A stretch of DNA of 24,000 nt from an uncultured Gemmatimonadales bacterium (GTDB taxonomy: Bacteria; Gemmatimonadota; Gemmatimonadetes; Gemmatimonadales; Gemmatimonadaceae). How positions within the stretch are numbered: position 1 is the stretch's first letter; every line of letters begins with the position of its first letter. Shown piece by piece: positions 1 to 8,077 of the stretch. A program made the position numbers and the translations under genes. The notes under the pieces were generated by a model. That model was not told the DNA's origin and did no database searches. It saw only the letters and a program-made list of their open reading frames with translations. The stretch is taken from assembly GCA_963763675.1 (NCBI GenBank), contig CAVXPN010000004.1, forward strand, positions 51,156-75,155, read 5' to 3'.

Positions 1-7
1 GCCGCCC

Positions 8-514
8 ATGCGGCCCGGGCAGTCCGAGCGCCGCACGCACGACGACGTGCGCCACGGCACGCGGGACCTCTTCGCCGCGCTCGACGTCCGGGCGGGCACC
101 GTCATTGGTGCGATCCATCCGCGGCATCGCAGCGAGGAGTTCCGGCACTTCCTCGACACGGTGGACGCGCACACCCCGCCGGAGTTGGACCTGCACCTGA
201 TTCTCGACAACGCGGCGACGCGCAAGACGGAGCTCGTCAAGCGCTGGGTGCTCAAGCGCCCACGCGTGCACCTGCACTTCGACGCCGACGAGTGCCTCGT
301 GGATCAACCTCGTCGAGTGCCGGTTCTCCCTCCTACAGCGCCGGGCGCTCGCGCGCGCGGCGTTCGCGAGCACCGACGCGCTCGAGGCCGCGCTCCACGC
401 CTACATCGGCGCGACGAACGCGGCCCCAAGCCGTTCGGCTGGACTAGGACCGCCGACGAGATTCTCGCCTCGATGAGGCGATACGGTCAGCGTACTTCTG
501 GGTCAGACCACTAG
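8..514 (+). pseudogene. IS630-family-like transposase remnant (DDE C-terminal part), frameshifted
   Basis: Translation 'LDLHLILDNAATRKTELVKRWVLKRPRVHLHF' continues in another frame as 'TPTSASWINLVECRFSLLQRR..FASTDALEAALHAYIGATNA' and returns to the first frame for 'PKPFGWTRTADEILASMRRY'. This is the typical IS630 C-terminus, broken by at least two frameshifts (~291 and ~424). Confidence 0.8.
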
Positions 515-1122
515 AAGGGCGACAGCGCCGCCGTCGGCCGTGTCACGCTTGCGGCCCACGCCCCGGGGCTGTGGGTCCCGATGGCCTCGGCGACGTGCCG
601 GACCACCACCTCGTCGGGACCGACCAAGTCGAGATCGCCGAGACTCTCCTGCTGATCGGCCAGCGTCAGCGGCCGAGTCGTGGCCACGACCACCGTGTAT
701 TCGTGAATCGGGTAGCGAGAGTCGGTGGCGACCAGCGCGCCGTCACGCGCGTTCTGCACGCGACCCACCCGTTTCCCATTCGCTTGCAGGTACGCCGTCG
801 CCGGAACGAGTGCCAAGGTGTGTGGGCCGGAATCGAGCGCAGCCAGTGCGGTCGACGTGCCCGGCGATGGGGCCATGATGCTGATGTTTGCCTGCGTGAA
901 CAGGCGAATGACCGTGACGTAGCTTCGTTGGGGAACGGTAAGCCGGAGCGTGAGCCCACCCGAGCCGACATCCGTTGCTGAGAAGATGCGGGGTTGGAGG
1001 CTGTCGAGCGCGCCAGGAAGGCGCTCGATGCCGGTGCTCGGATGGCCATTCAGGGCGCAGGCCGCGAGTAAAGCCAGCGGTGCGACAAACGCCAGACGGA
1101 TCCGCATCAGGGGAGCGCGCAT
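511..1122 (-). CDS. Hypothetical lipoprotein
   Basis: ORF with N-terminus MRIRLAFVAPLALLAACALNG (signal peptide plus LAAC lipobox); alternative start at 1107. Confidence 0.6.
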   Translation of the reverse strand: MRAPLMRIRLAFVAPLALLAACALNGHPSTGIERLPGALDSLQPRIFSATDVGSGGLTLRLTVPQRSYVTVIRLFTQANISIMAPSPGTSTALAALDSGPHTLALVPATAYLQANGKRVGRVQNARDGALVATDSRYPIHEYTVVVATTRPLTLADQQESLGDLDLVGPDEVVVRHVAEAIGTHSPGAWAASVTRPTAALSPF

Positions 1123-1585
1123 GCTGCCTCGGTGGTGTGGGTGGCAGCGACATACATCCAATCCCATGCCAGCGCCAGCCCGCGCGAGCTTTCGGCGGCC
1201 TCAAAGCCGAGGCGTGTCGCGCACTCAGCCAGGGCTTCCGGCCCCAGTGGACGGGCTTTCGGCGAGCAGGGCGTCATTCGGCCATCGGATCGTCAGCCCT
1301 CCGCGCCGGGGAAGCGCGGCGACCGAATCCACCGGGACGCCCGCAGGGCGACGGGCCCCGGTCCCGGGCGGCGCGGCGTGGAACCCGCCGGCCACGCCAC
1401 ACGGCCGTCGTCGGGGTGTACCACTCGATCCCTCGCCTGCACGTGCCCGCCACGTCGGCAAACGATGTGGCGAAGTCGTGCTAAGTACGATCACAGGAGT
1501 CGTGCGGGGTGTAAATTGGAGTTGCCCCGCTTGGATGGCTCTCCCGCACGTTGATATTGGTGGCGAATTCGGCGACGCTGCTCGG

Positions 1586-3071
1586 TTAGGCAGCGAGCGC
1601 GTGGAGCTGCGCGCAGGCGGAGGTGCGCGTCTGCGCCTTCGGCTCGTTCGCCAGCCATCGCAGGAGCCGGACGAGGTTCATCGCCGCGGCGGTCATCAAG
1701 TCCGCGAGGTGAGTCTTCGCATGTCCCAAGTAGCATGTCCCAAGTAGGGCGTCCGCCGGAGCCGACCCGAGCGCACGCCCTGCGCGATGGTGCCCTCGAC
1801 GCCGGCCCGCCGCGCGTACTCCGCCGCGAAGTCCGCGGTCTGCTCCCGCGCGCGCCCGGCACGTAAGGCCTCGTGCTGCGCTTCGGGGCGGATCGTGATC
1901 GCCCGACGCGCTGATGTCGACCGCGTGCATTGCGGCCGGAGTAAGCAGGTCCGGCGGTCGGCGACCGCGAATTTGATCCTGATCGCCGGTGCCCTGCCCC
2001 GGGCGAGCGCCGGGGTCCAGCTCTGGCTCGCCTTCCCGGCCGGACAGGTCGCCCGCTGCGCCGTGAAGTCGATGACGAAGTTCCGCGCGGCGAATCCGGC
2101 GCCGGCCTTCGCCTGCCACTGTTGGTCGCCGCGCGTCGGGCCAATGAGGTCGAGGCCGTACCGCTCGCGGGCCTCGACGAAGAGCGCCGAGTGCACGAAG
2201 CCGGTCTCGGCGACGTGCGTGGCCGGGACCAGACCGCGCTGATCGAGCGCCGCGTGGATGGTCGAGGTCACGGCGTCGTCGGACACCGCCGCGGGGGGCG
2301 TCTCGACGTTGGTGATCAGGTTCGGCGTTGCGTCGTCACACGTCTCCGTCAGGCGCACCTTGTAGCCGCTCCACACCGTCGCGCCTTTCGTCGCATAACG
2401 CGCGTCAGTGTCGTATGGTGAGCCGAGATAGCGGCCCGACGGCGGCGTCCGGTCGTTCGCCCGCCAGGCGAGGCGGTGCCCGTCCGGGCCGTGCTCGACC
2501 AAGAAGTGCTGGACCCAGACCCGAAGCAGAACCACCAGAGCGGGTACATGCCGGAGCGTGGGCGGCGCGACCTCCGCGGTAGCGACGGCCAACAGCGTGA
2601 GGCCGTCGGCCCCGGTCTGCGCGGCCCACGCACGGCGTCCGGCCTCGCTCTTGGGCAGGCGGAACTCACTGGCTCGCAGCCCGTACCGGTCGACCCATGC
2701 CGGCGTGGTGTGCGCGCGCAGCCAGTCGGGCGCGGTCGCGGCGAGCACGTTGAGCGCGTGGCGCAGCGTCTCCGCGCCACCTCCAACCGGCTCATGGTGC
2801 GCATCGCCCCGAGCACGTGCGTGGAGTCGCTACGCTGCCGCCCGCCGGCTTTCAGCAACCCTCGCCCTCGCGCCAGCTCGAGAATCGCGTCGAAGAGCCG
2901 GCCCTCCGCGCCGTGCGCGAGCGGTCGCGTGCGGAACTCGCTGAGGACCGTGTGATCGAAGCCGACGTCGGTCAGCTCCAAGCAAAGCACGTACTTCCAG
3001 TCGATGCGGGTACGCACCGCCTCGGCCGCTTGGCGGTCGGTCAGCCCCTCCACCGCCCAAAGCCGTAACAC
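1586..3071 (-). pseudogene. IS1182/IS5-like transposase, frameshifted
   Basis: N-terminal 'LTDRQAAEAVRTRIDWKYVLCLELTDVGFDHTVLSEFRTR' in one frame, 'APDWLRAHTTPAWVDRYGLRASEFRLPK...YDTDARYATKGATVWSGYKVRLTETC' in a second, and 'KTHLADLMTAAAMNLVRLLRWLAN' in a third. Confidence 0.8.
1720..1747. repeat. 14-bp perfect tandem duplication (CATGTCCCAAGTAG x2) inside the transposase
   Basis: catgtcccaagtag at 1720-1733 and again at 1734-1747. Confidence 0.95.
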
Positions 3072-3151
3072 CTTGTAGTCTTCCGACGCCTCAGCGAAGC
3101 AGCCTGCTACGCGGCGTGAACGGCCGGACCCGCTGCGCTCACGCGCGGCGC

Positions 3152-3964
3152 CTACCGCGCCTTCGCGTAGTCCATGATCTCGTAGCGGTCACCAAGGCCA
3201 AGCTTCGGGAAGGAGTAGCCGGCGCGGCTGAAAAACGTCGGCCACCATGCGACGAAGTCGGCGCGCTTCTCGAACCAGAACTCACCGAAGTTCGGATCGA
3301 AGAAGGCGACGTCCTGCGCGACCCACGCCGCCATCGCGTGGCCGCCGCCGGGCCCCCAGATTCCGATCGTGCGGTAGGAGCCGGTGCCGTTCTGCATGCT
3401 CATCCCAATGGCGCCCGCGAGCGCGGCCGCGAACCCGTTCCGGCTGCCGCCGGCGGCCGCCCGCGTGCCGCCGCTCACATTCGCGATGTTCTGCGATGGG
3501 GAGCCGATGAACGCGACCGGCTTGATCGACTTGCGGAGCATGACGCCCTTGGCGGCCAGCCACCTCGTCGTCGCTTCCGTCTGATTGACCTCCGCGCCCT
3601 GCTGCGCATTGCCGACGATGGCACCTCGGTTCATCGTCGAGCCGATGATGAAGAGCTGCATCAGCTGGCGAACCTTCGATGCGTCGATGGACTTGCCGCC
3701 GCCCGCGAGCCAGTTCGCGAGGTGACCGTCGGTTGCGTGCAGCTCGATCCACTTTGCGGACAGCATCTCGCAGATGCCGTCCTCCGAAATCTTGTTCTTG
3801 CCGATGATCGACGCGACCGGATCCTTGATCTGAGAGAACTCCCAGGTGCACGAGCCGTTGTGGGCCGCCGCCGAGCTGCGGACCAGGCTGATGACGGGCG
3901 TGAGGAAGAATCCAGCGAAGTTGGGCATTAGCTCAGGATGGGAAGTTCGGGACAGGAATCTCAA
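3152..3964 (-). CDS. YopT-type (peptidase C58-like) cysteine protease domain protein
   Basis: Ordered C-H-D motifs: 'EDGICEMLSAKWIELH' (Cys), 'GGGHAMAAW' (His), 'VAFFDPNFGEFWF' (Asp). Alternative start MPNFAG at 3928. Confidence 0.75.
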   Translation of the reverse strand: MRFLSRTSHPELMPNFAGFFLTPVISLVRSSAAAHNGSCTWEFSQIKDPVASIIGKNKISEDGICEMLSAKWIELHATDGHLANWLAGGGKSIDASKVRQLMQLFIIGSTMNRGAIVGNAQQGAEVNQTEATTRWLAAKGVMLRKSIKPVAFIGSPSQNIANVSGGTRAAAGGSRNGFAAALAGAIGMSMQNGTGSYRTIGIWGPGGGHAMAAWVAQDVAFFDPNFGEFWFEKRADFVAWWPTFFSRAGYSFPKLGLGDRYEIMDYAKAR

Positions 3965-4126
3965 TCGGACGCGCTCGACGCTGCGCCGCGATCACCGACC
4001 GGGCGAGGACCGACCGCGGGATAGCAACTTCGGGATAGGAACCTCGGGATAGAAAATTCGGGACAGCGAGATAGAAATCTCCATCGGGCGCGCCCGATTA
4101 TAGGACGCGATCACCGACCGCGCGAG
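3946..4126. repeat. Diverged direct repeats upstream of the C58-like gene
   Basis: Four copies of (T/C)TCGGGAYAG at 3946, 4029, 4043 and 4057; GCGATCACCGACC at 3988-4000 and 4107-4119; 'AATCTCaATCGG' versus 'AATCTCcATCGG'. Confidence 0.8.
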
Positions 4127-4512
4127 AGCCGGCCGACGGGCGGCGGCGTACCCTCTGCCGCGCTGGCGCGGATCGGGCGCCCTCCGCTGCACGCTCCAGG
4201 TGGCGCAGGACGAGCTCGAGCGGCTGCTGGGGATCGAGCGGCCGGACAACAAGGTCCGGGTGCCCGCAGATCGACCGCGGCTGATTGCCCCCGAGCTGTC
4301 GTTGGGCGGCCCGGTCCCGGGCCGGGGTCCCGGAACCCGGGGGCCGGCCGGCCGGGATGCAACGGTTTGACGCAACGTCGCGCGCGGGACGTAGGATGTC
4401 GCTCCGGCGTGAGCGTTGCGCTCGGGCCTGGCGTCGCGGCGCGCCTGGCCGAGATTACGGGGCCGGGCCGCCAGACGTGGGCGGGCCCGGCCCCGTGACG
4501 CTGCGAGCGGAC

Positions 4513-4572
4513 GTGCTGCGTCCGGGCCCGTCCGCAGCACAATGTTCGTACGCAGTTGAATAGGCGTTAGGC
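4513..4572 (+). other. Left boundary of cassette array: attC right-half-like (or attI-like) site ending in GTTAGGC
   Basis: CGCAGTTGAATAGGCGTTAGGC (R' GTTAGGC 4566-4572) with a GTGCTGCG/CGCAGCAC hairpin (4513-4520/4533-4540), but no recognisable R'' or left arm. Confidence 0.5.
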
Positions 4573-4669
4573 AACACCACCCGCCGGCGTCGCCCTGCTC
4601 GGATGTGGGCGGGCTCGGCCGCGCCGGGCCCCGGTGCTATCTTCCGACGGTCCCCTCCGGAGCCCCTGC

Positions 4670-4888
4670 ATGACCCAACTGCTGGAACAGGCCTTCGCGG
4701 CCGCGAGTGACCTCTCGCCCGAAGACCAAGACGCGGTCGCCCGCGCGCTCCTGGCCGATCTCGCCTCCGAGCGCGACTTCGACGCCCGGATCGCGGCGAC
4801 GCCCGACGCCCTCGCCCGGCTCGCGGACGAGGCGCTCGCCGAGTATCGGGCGGGCCGGACCGAGCCGCTCGACCCCGACCGGCTGTAG
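4670..4888 (+). CDS. Putative antitoxin (small acidic protein of a type II TA pair), cassette copy 1
   Basis: MTQLLEQAFAAASDLSPEDQDAVARALLADLASERDFDARIAATPDALARLADEALAEYRAGRTEPLDPDRL, 15 nt upstream of a RelE/ParE-like ORF. Confidence 0.75.
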   Translation: MTQLLEQAFAAASDLSPEDQDAVARALLADLASERDFDARIAATPDALARLADEALAEYRAGRTEPLDPDRL

Positions 4889-4903
4889 CCGGCGCGCCGG
4901 GCG

Positions 4904-5176
4904 GTGGTCTCGCGCACGACGGCGCGGTTCCGGCGCGCGTACGCCGCCCTGCCAGAGCGGGCTCGCGCCCAGGCGCGCGAGGCGTACCGGACGTTCGTGC
5001 GCGACCCGCAGCACCCGGGACTGCGGCTTAAGCCGGTCCACCGCACACGGCCGATCTACTCGGCCCGGGTCGGGCTGGGGTACCGGGCGCTCGCGGCGCG
5101 GGGCGAGGGCGACGTGTGGGTGTGGTTCTGGATCGGGTCGCACGCCGAGTACGACCGGCTGCTCGCGGGGCTGTAG
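4904..5176 (+). CDS. Putative RelE/ParE-superfamily toxin, cassette copy 1
   Basis: GTG start; 'F.raYaaLPerarAqareAyrtFvrdPqHPGLrlKpv..trpiYSaRVGLGYRALa...gdVWVWFWIGSHAEYDRLL'. Confidence 0.75.
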   Translation: MVSRTTARFRRAYAALPERARAQAREAYRTFVRDPQHPGLRLKPVHRTRPIYSARVGLGYRALAARGEGDVWVWFWIGSHAEYDRLLAGL

Positions 5177-5197
5177 GGCCGGGCCGTCTCGCGTGTT

Positions 5198-5311
5198 GCC
5201 TAACGGTACGTTGCAGCTGTCAAGTACGCCGGGACGCCCGTCCGCCCCGGCCGGCACCGTCGCACGCCACCGCCATGCCGCCCCGAAGGCTTGCAGCTGA
5301 ACTTTGGCGTT
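5198..5311 (+). other. attC-like site of TA cassette copy 1, interrupted in the R' box by an IS
   Basis: R'' GCCTAAC 5198-5204; left arm GTT(G)CAGCTG, right arm CAGCTGAAC; R' split: ...GGCGTT|IS|(GTT)AGAC 7109-7115. Confidence 0.85.
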
Positions 5312-7108
5312 GAAGATGTAGGAAAAGCCGGTTCTGGGTGCCCCCGGCCGCGTTAGGACGTGGCGATTGGGGGATCACGGACTCACGGGCGAATCGAGCG
5401 TCACGGCAGCCGCGTCTGCGGCGTTAGGCTCGTCGACCCCCGGGGATCGTCGTTAGGCTGCGACCGGGGCGGCGTAGCCGTGATGGGCGAGTTTCTCGAT
5501 GTTGTGCACCAGGCAGTACAGCTTCCATTGCCCGTCGACCTTCATGCGGCCCGCGGAGCGTGAAGCGATCCAGCCGCTTGTTCGCCCGCAGGTTGCCGAA
5601 GACGGGCTCCACGGTCGCAAAGCGACGCCCGTACTGCGCCCGGCCCTCCGGCGTGTCGAGCCGGCGTTTCATGCGCGCGGTGTGCGTCTCGGGCGTGTCG
5701 GCCGCCTTCCCGTGAAAGAAGGCGACCTGGCGCGTCGGCGTGCGGTCCGGCGTGCGCAGGCACTGCGTCCGGAGCGGGCAGGGACCGCAGACGCGCTTCG
5801 CGCCGCGGAAGTGGTCGGCGACGTAGCCGCGGGTGATGAGGTCGCGGCCCGAGCGGTACGAGCGTCTGGCCCGCCGGGACACACGCAGGTGCGCGCCGCG
5901 GCGTCGTAGGTGAAGTCGCTCGGCTGGAAGACGCGTGGCTCGTCGAGCGCCTCCGTCTTGTCGTACAGGGGATGCGGGCGTGGTCTGATGCTGCGTCCTG
6001 CGTCGCGAAGCGCTCGTCCCGCTGGCGCAAGGCGTTGTCGGCGATGAGCGCGTCGATGTGCTGCTCGGCCAGGTGGCGCAGGTTGGCCTCGCTGTGGTAG
6101 CCGGCGTCGGCGGTGAGCACGGTCGTCGGGCGCGAGCACTGGCGTGCAGGGCGGTGACCACGGGCACGAGCAGCTCCTGCTCGGCCCCGGTCCCGTGTGC
6201 CTGCGCCTCGACGATGATCTGGTGCGCGGCTATCCACCGCGGCCACCCCCGTGTAGCCCTGGATCACACCCTTCCCCGTGGCCAGCTTCGCGCTCTCGTG
6301 GTCGGTCCGATTGCTCTTGCCGCACGCCGCCCGTGGGCCCGCGGCGGTCCTCGGGATGGGCCGCGAGCCACGTGCGGAGCTCGGCGGCGTCGCGCTCGAG
6401 GCGTTCCCGGCGCGCCGTGTCCTTCGCGGCCACGTCCGGCTCGACGGGCCGGGCGTCCTCCGCCCGATGGCGGGCGAGCATCGCCGCGGCCGCGGCTTCG
6501 AGCTTCGTCGCCTGCCGCTCGAAGTCGGCCCGGGTCCCACTGCGTTGCTTGGAGGCATGGCTCGGGAGCTTCACGCCGTCGATGGCGAACATCTCGCGGC
6601 CGATCAGCCCTTGCTGATCGCAGATGGCAAGCACGGCGGCGAACACGTGCGCGATGTCCGGGCCCAGGGTGCTCACGAACTGCGCGATGGTCGTGAAGTG
6701 CGGGGCCGTATCGCCACACAGCGCGATGAAGGTGACGTGTTCACGGCAGAGGCGCTCGATCGCGCGGCTGCTCACGATCCCGTGCGCGTAGGCGCAGAGC
6801 ACCACCGTCAGCAACATGCGTGGCGGGTACGCGGGGGCCCCGGTGGTCGTCGTTCCGAAAGCGCGCGTCGAAGCGCGACAGGTCGACTGCGTGGGCGAGC
6901 AGGTGGTGCGCCGCGTGCTCGAACGTGCCGGGCAGGAGCTGCTGCGGCGAGATCGACGGGCAGAAAGCGCGGGCTCCGGTCGATATGCTTGTAGCGGGCC
7001 ATGGACGGGGCGCTCGGGGCGGGGCAGCACGGCAGCAACGCGACACCACGAATCTTGCGTCTGGACCTGCCTAACGCCAGAGTGGTCCCGGGCTTTTCCT
7101 ACACCCTC
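5312..7108. mobile_element. IS1182-like insertion sequence inserted in attC R' box
   Basis: Terminal inverted repeats GAAGATGTAGGAAAAGCC (5312-5329) and reverse complement GAGGGTGTAGGAAAAGCC (7108-7091), 13 bp perfect core; flanked by GTT (or CGTT) direct repeats 5309-5311 / 7109-7111. Confidence 0.85.
5453..7002 (-). pseudogene. IS1182-like transposase, multiply frameshifted
   Basis: Fragments in different frames: MARYKHIDRSPRFLPVDL; 'QLLPGTFEHAAHHLLAHAVDLSRFDARFRND'; 'LLTVVLCAYAHGIVSSRAIERLCREHVTFIALCGDTAPHFTTIAQFVSTLG'; 'VLTADAGYHSEANLRHLAEQHIDALIADNALRQRDERF'; 'MKRRLDTPEGRAQYGRRFATVEPVFGNLRANKRLDRFTLRG'; end 'GQWKLYCLVHNIEKLAHHGY'. Confidence 0.85.
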
Positions 7109-7142
7109 GTTAGACAACACACCACCGACCGCTCGGGACCAG

Positions 7143-7718
7143 ATGAGTACTCCTCCGCACGCATCAGCGACGCCGTCCACGGGTGCCCGGTGGACAAGGG
7201 AACCCGGCGTGGTCGCCCAGATCCGCGCCGACTGGCGCGCCCGCGGAGACCGACGCGCCACGCTGGCCGCGTGGGCCGCGCGACAGCCGGCGTGGCGGCG
7301 CGCGCTCGTCCTCGCGGCGGCGGGCGCGCTCGCGGCCTGCGTGTTCGCCGTACTCTTCTCGGCGTTCCCGGCGCGCGAGCTGAACGCGTACGGTCGCCCC
7401 GCCCGGCCACCGCGCATCGGGGTCGTCGTGCGCGCGGTCGCTGAGGTCGTCGGCGGCGGTGCGGCCTCGGGGCTCGCGTACGCGGCCGTTGCGGCGTGGC
7501 TGCTCGACGCCCGGCGCGCGCGCCGCTGGGCCGCGGGCGCCGCCGTAGGAGCGGCGTGGGCGCTCGGCGTGGTCGCCCGGCCGTCCGACCGCCCCGCGGC
7601 GCTCGGGTGGGGGACGGCCGCCGGGTTCGTCCTGCTCAACGCGTTACTCGGCGTGGTCCTCGCCGTGCCGCCCGCGTGGGCCGCGGACGAGGTACGGGCC
7701 AGCGCGCGTGTTGTCTAA
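7143..7718 (+). CDS. Hypothetical membrane protein (cassette-borne)
   Basis: MSTPPHASATPSTGARWT... with several hydrophobic segments; stop TAA lies inside R'' of the following attC (gtcTAAc). Confidence 0.65.
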   Translation: MSTPPHASATPSTGARWTREPGVVAQIRADWRARGDRRATLAAWAARQPAWRRALVLAAAGALAACVFAVLFSAFPARELNAYGRPARPPRIGVVVRAVAEVVGGGAASGLAYAAVAAWLLDARRARRWAAGAAVGAAWALGVVARPSDRPAALGWGTAAGFVLLNALLGVVLAVPPAWAADEVRASARVV

Positions 7719-7816
7719 CGATGCGTTGAAGCTGTCGGGGATGCAGGGATGCGCCGGGCGCGCCTTCCATCACTGGTGCGCCGCCGCCGTCGCCGCGCTG
7801 TGCAAACCCGCAGCTT
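7713..7816 (+). other. attC-like site, left part and start of right arm; split by IS110/IS1111-type element (remainder 9306-9321)
   Basis: R'' GTCTAAC 7713-7719; left arm GTT(G)AAGCTG; right arm CAGCTT | AAC; R' GTTGGGC 9315-9321. Confidence 0.9.
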
Positions 7817-7839
7817 TCTGTGAAGCGGCGGCCCGCGTC

Positions 7840-8077
7840 ACGGGCCGTGGTGCACTCGTGGCGTAACAGCGGGTCGTGATCGGATGTGCAGACCGGGCGC
7901 GAGGTGCTGCTCAGTCTTCTGTTCGCGCTCGTGGTGGCGTGCGGAGCACGCCGGCGCATGGGGGGATGCGGGGGAAGGTGGCGCCCTCTAACTGGCGGCC
8001 TCACGTGCGGCCATAAGCTGCGTCGCGCTCACCCACCCGGCGTCAGTCACCAGCGGCGCCCGGCCCGGGTCGTGCCG
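7840..8077 (-). ncRNA. Candidate bridge/seeker RNA in the 3' non-coding end of the IS1111-type element
   Basis: On the minus-strand transcript, in order: CGCAGCTT (plus 8022-8015) = left target 7809-7816; AGTTA (plus 7993-7989), complementary to right target TAACT; CATCCCC (plus 7968-7962) = left donor 9296-9302; ACAGAAGA (plus 7922-7915), complementary to circle junction TCT|TCTGT. Exact RNA ends unknown. Confidence 0.65.

Noticed and set aside
1170-1585. Possible gene between the lipoprotein and first transposase
   Set aside because: ORFs in several frames but no recognisable domain, SD or conservation signal readable by eye.
1584-1590. GTTAGGC-like box near the first transposase
   Set aside because: Coincides with the end of the transposase gene; no attC arms.
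5423-5429. GTTAGGC box downstream of the IS1182-like transposase
   Set aside because: Inside the IS, no paired arm or R'' partner.
5452-5458. GTTAGGC box as possible attC R'
   Set aside because: The TTA is the stop codon (minus strand) of the IS1182-like transposase C-terminus (...HNIEKLAHHGYAAPVAA*); no attC arms around it.
7069-7115. GCCTAAC...GTTAGAC spaced 47 bp, looking like a miniature attC
   Set aside because: GCCTAAC lies inside the IS1182-like subterminal end (its mirror GCGTTAGG occurs at 5351-5358 in the other end); only GTTAGAC belongs to the interrupted attC.
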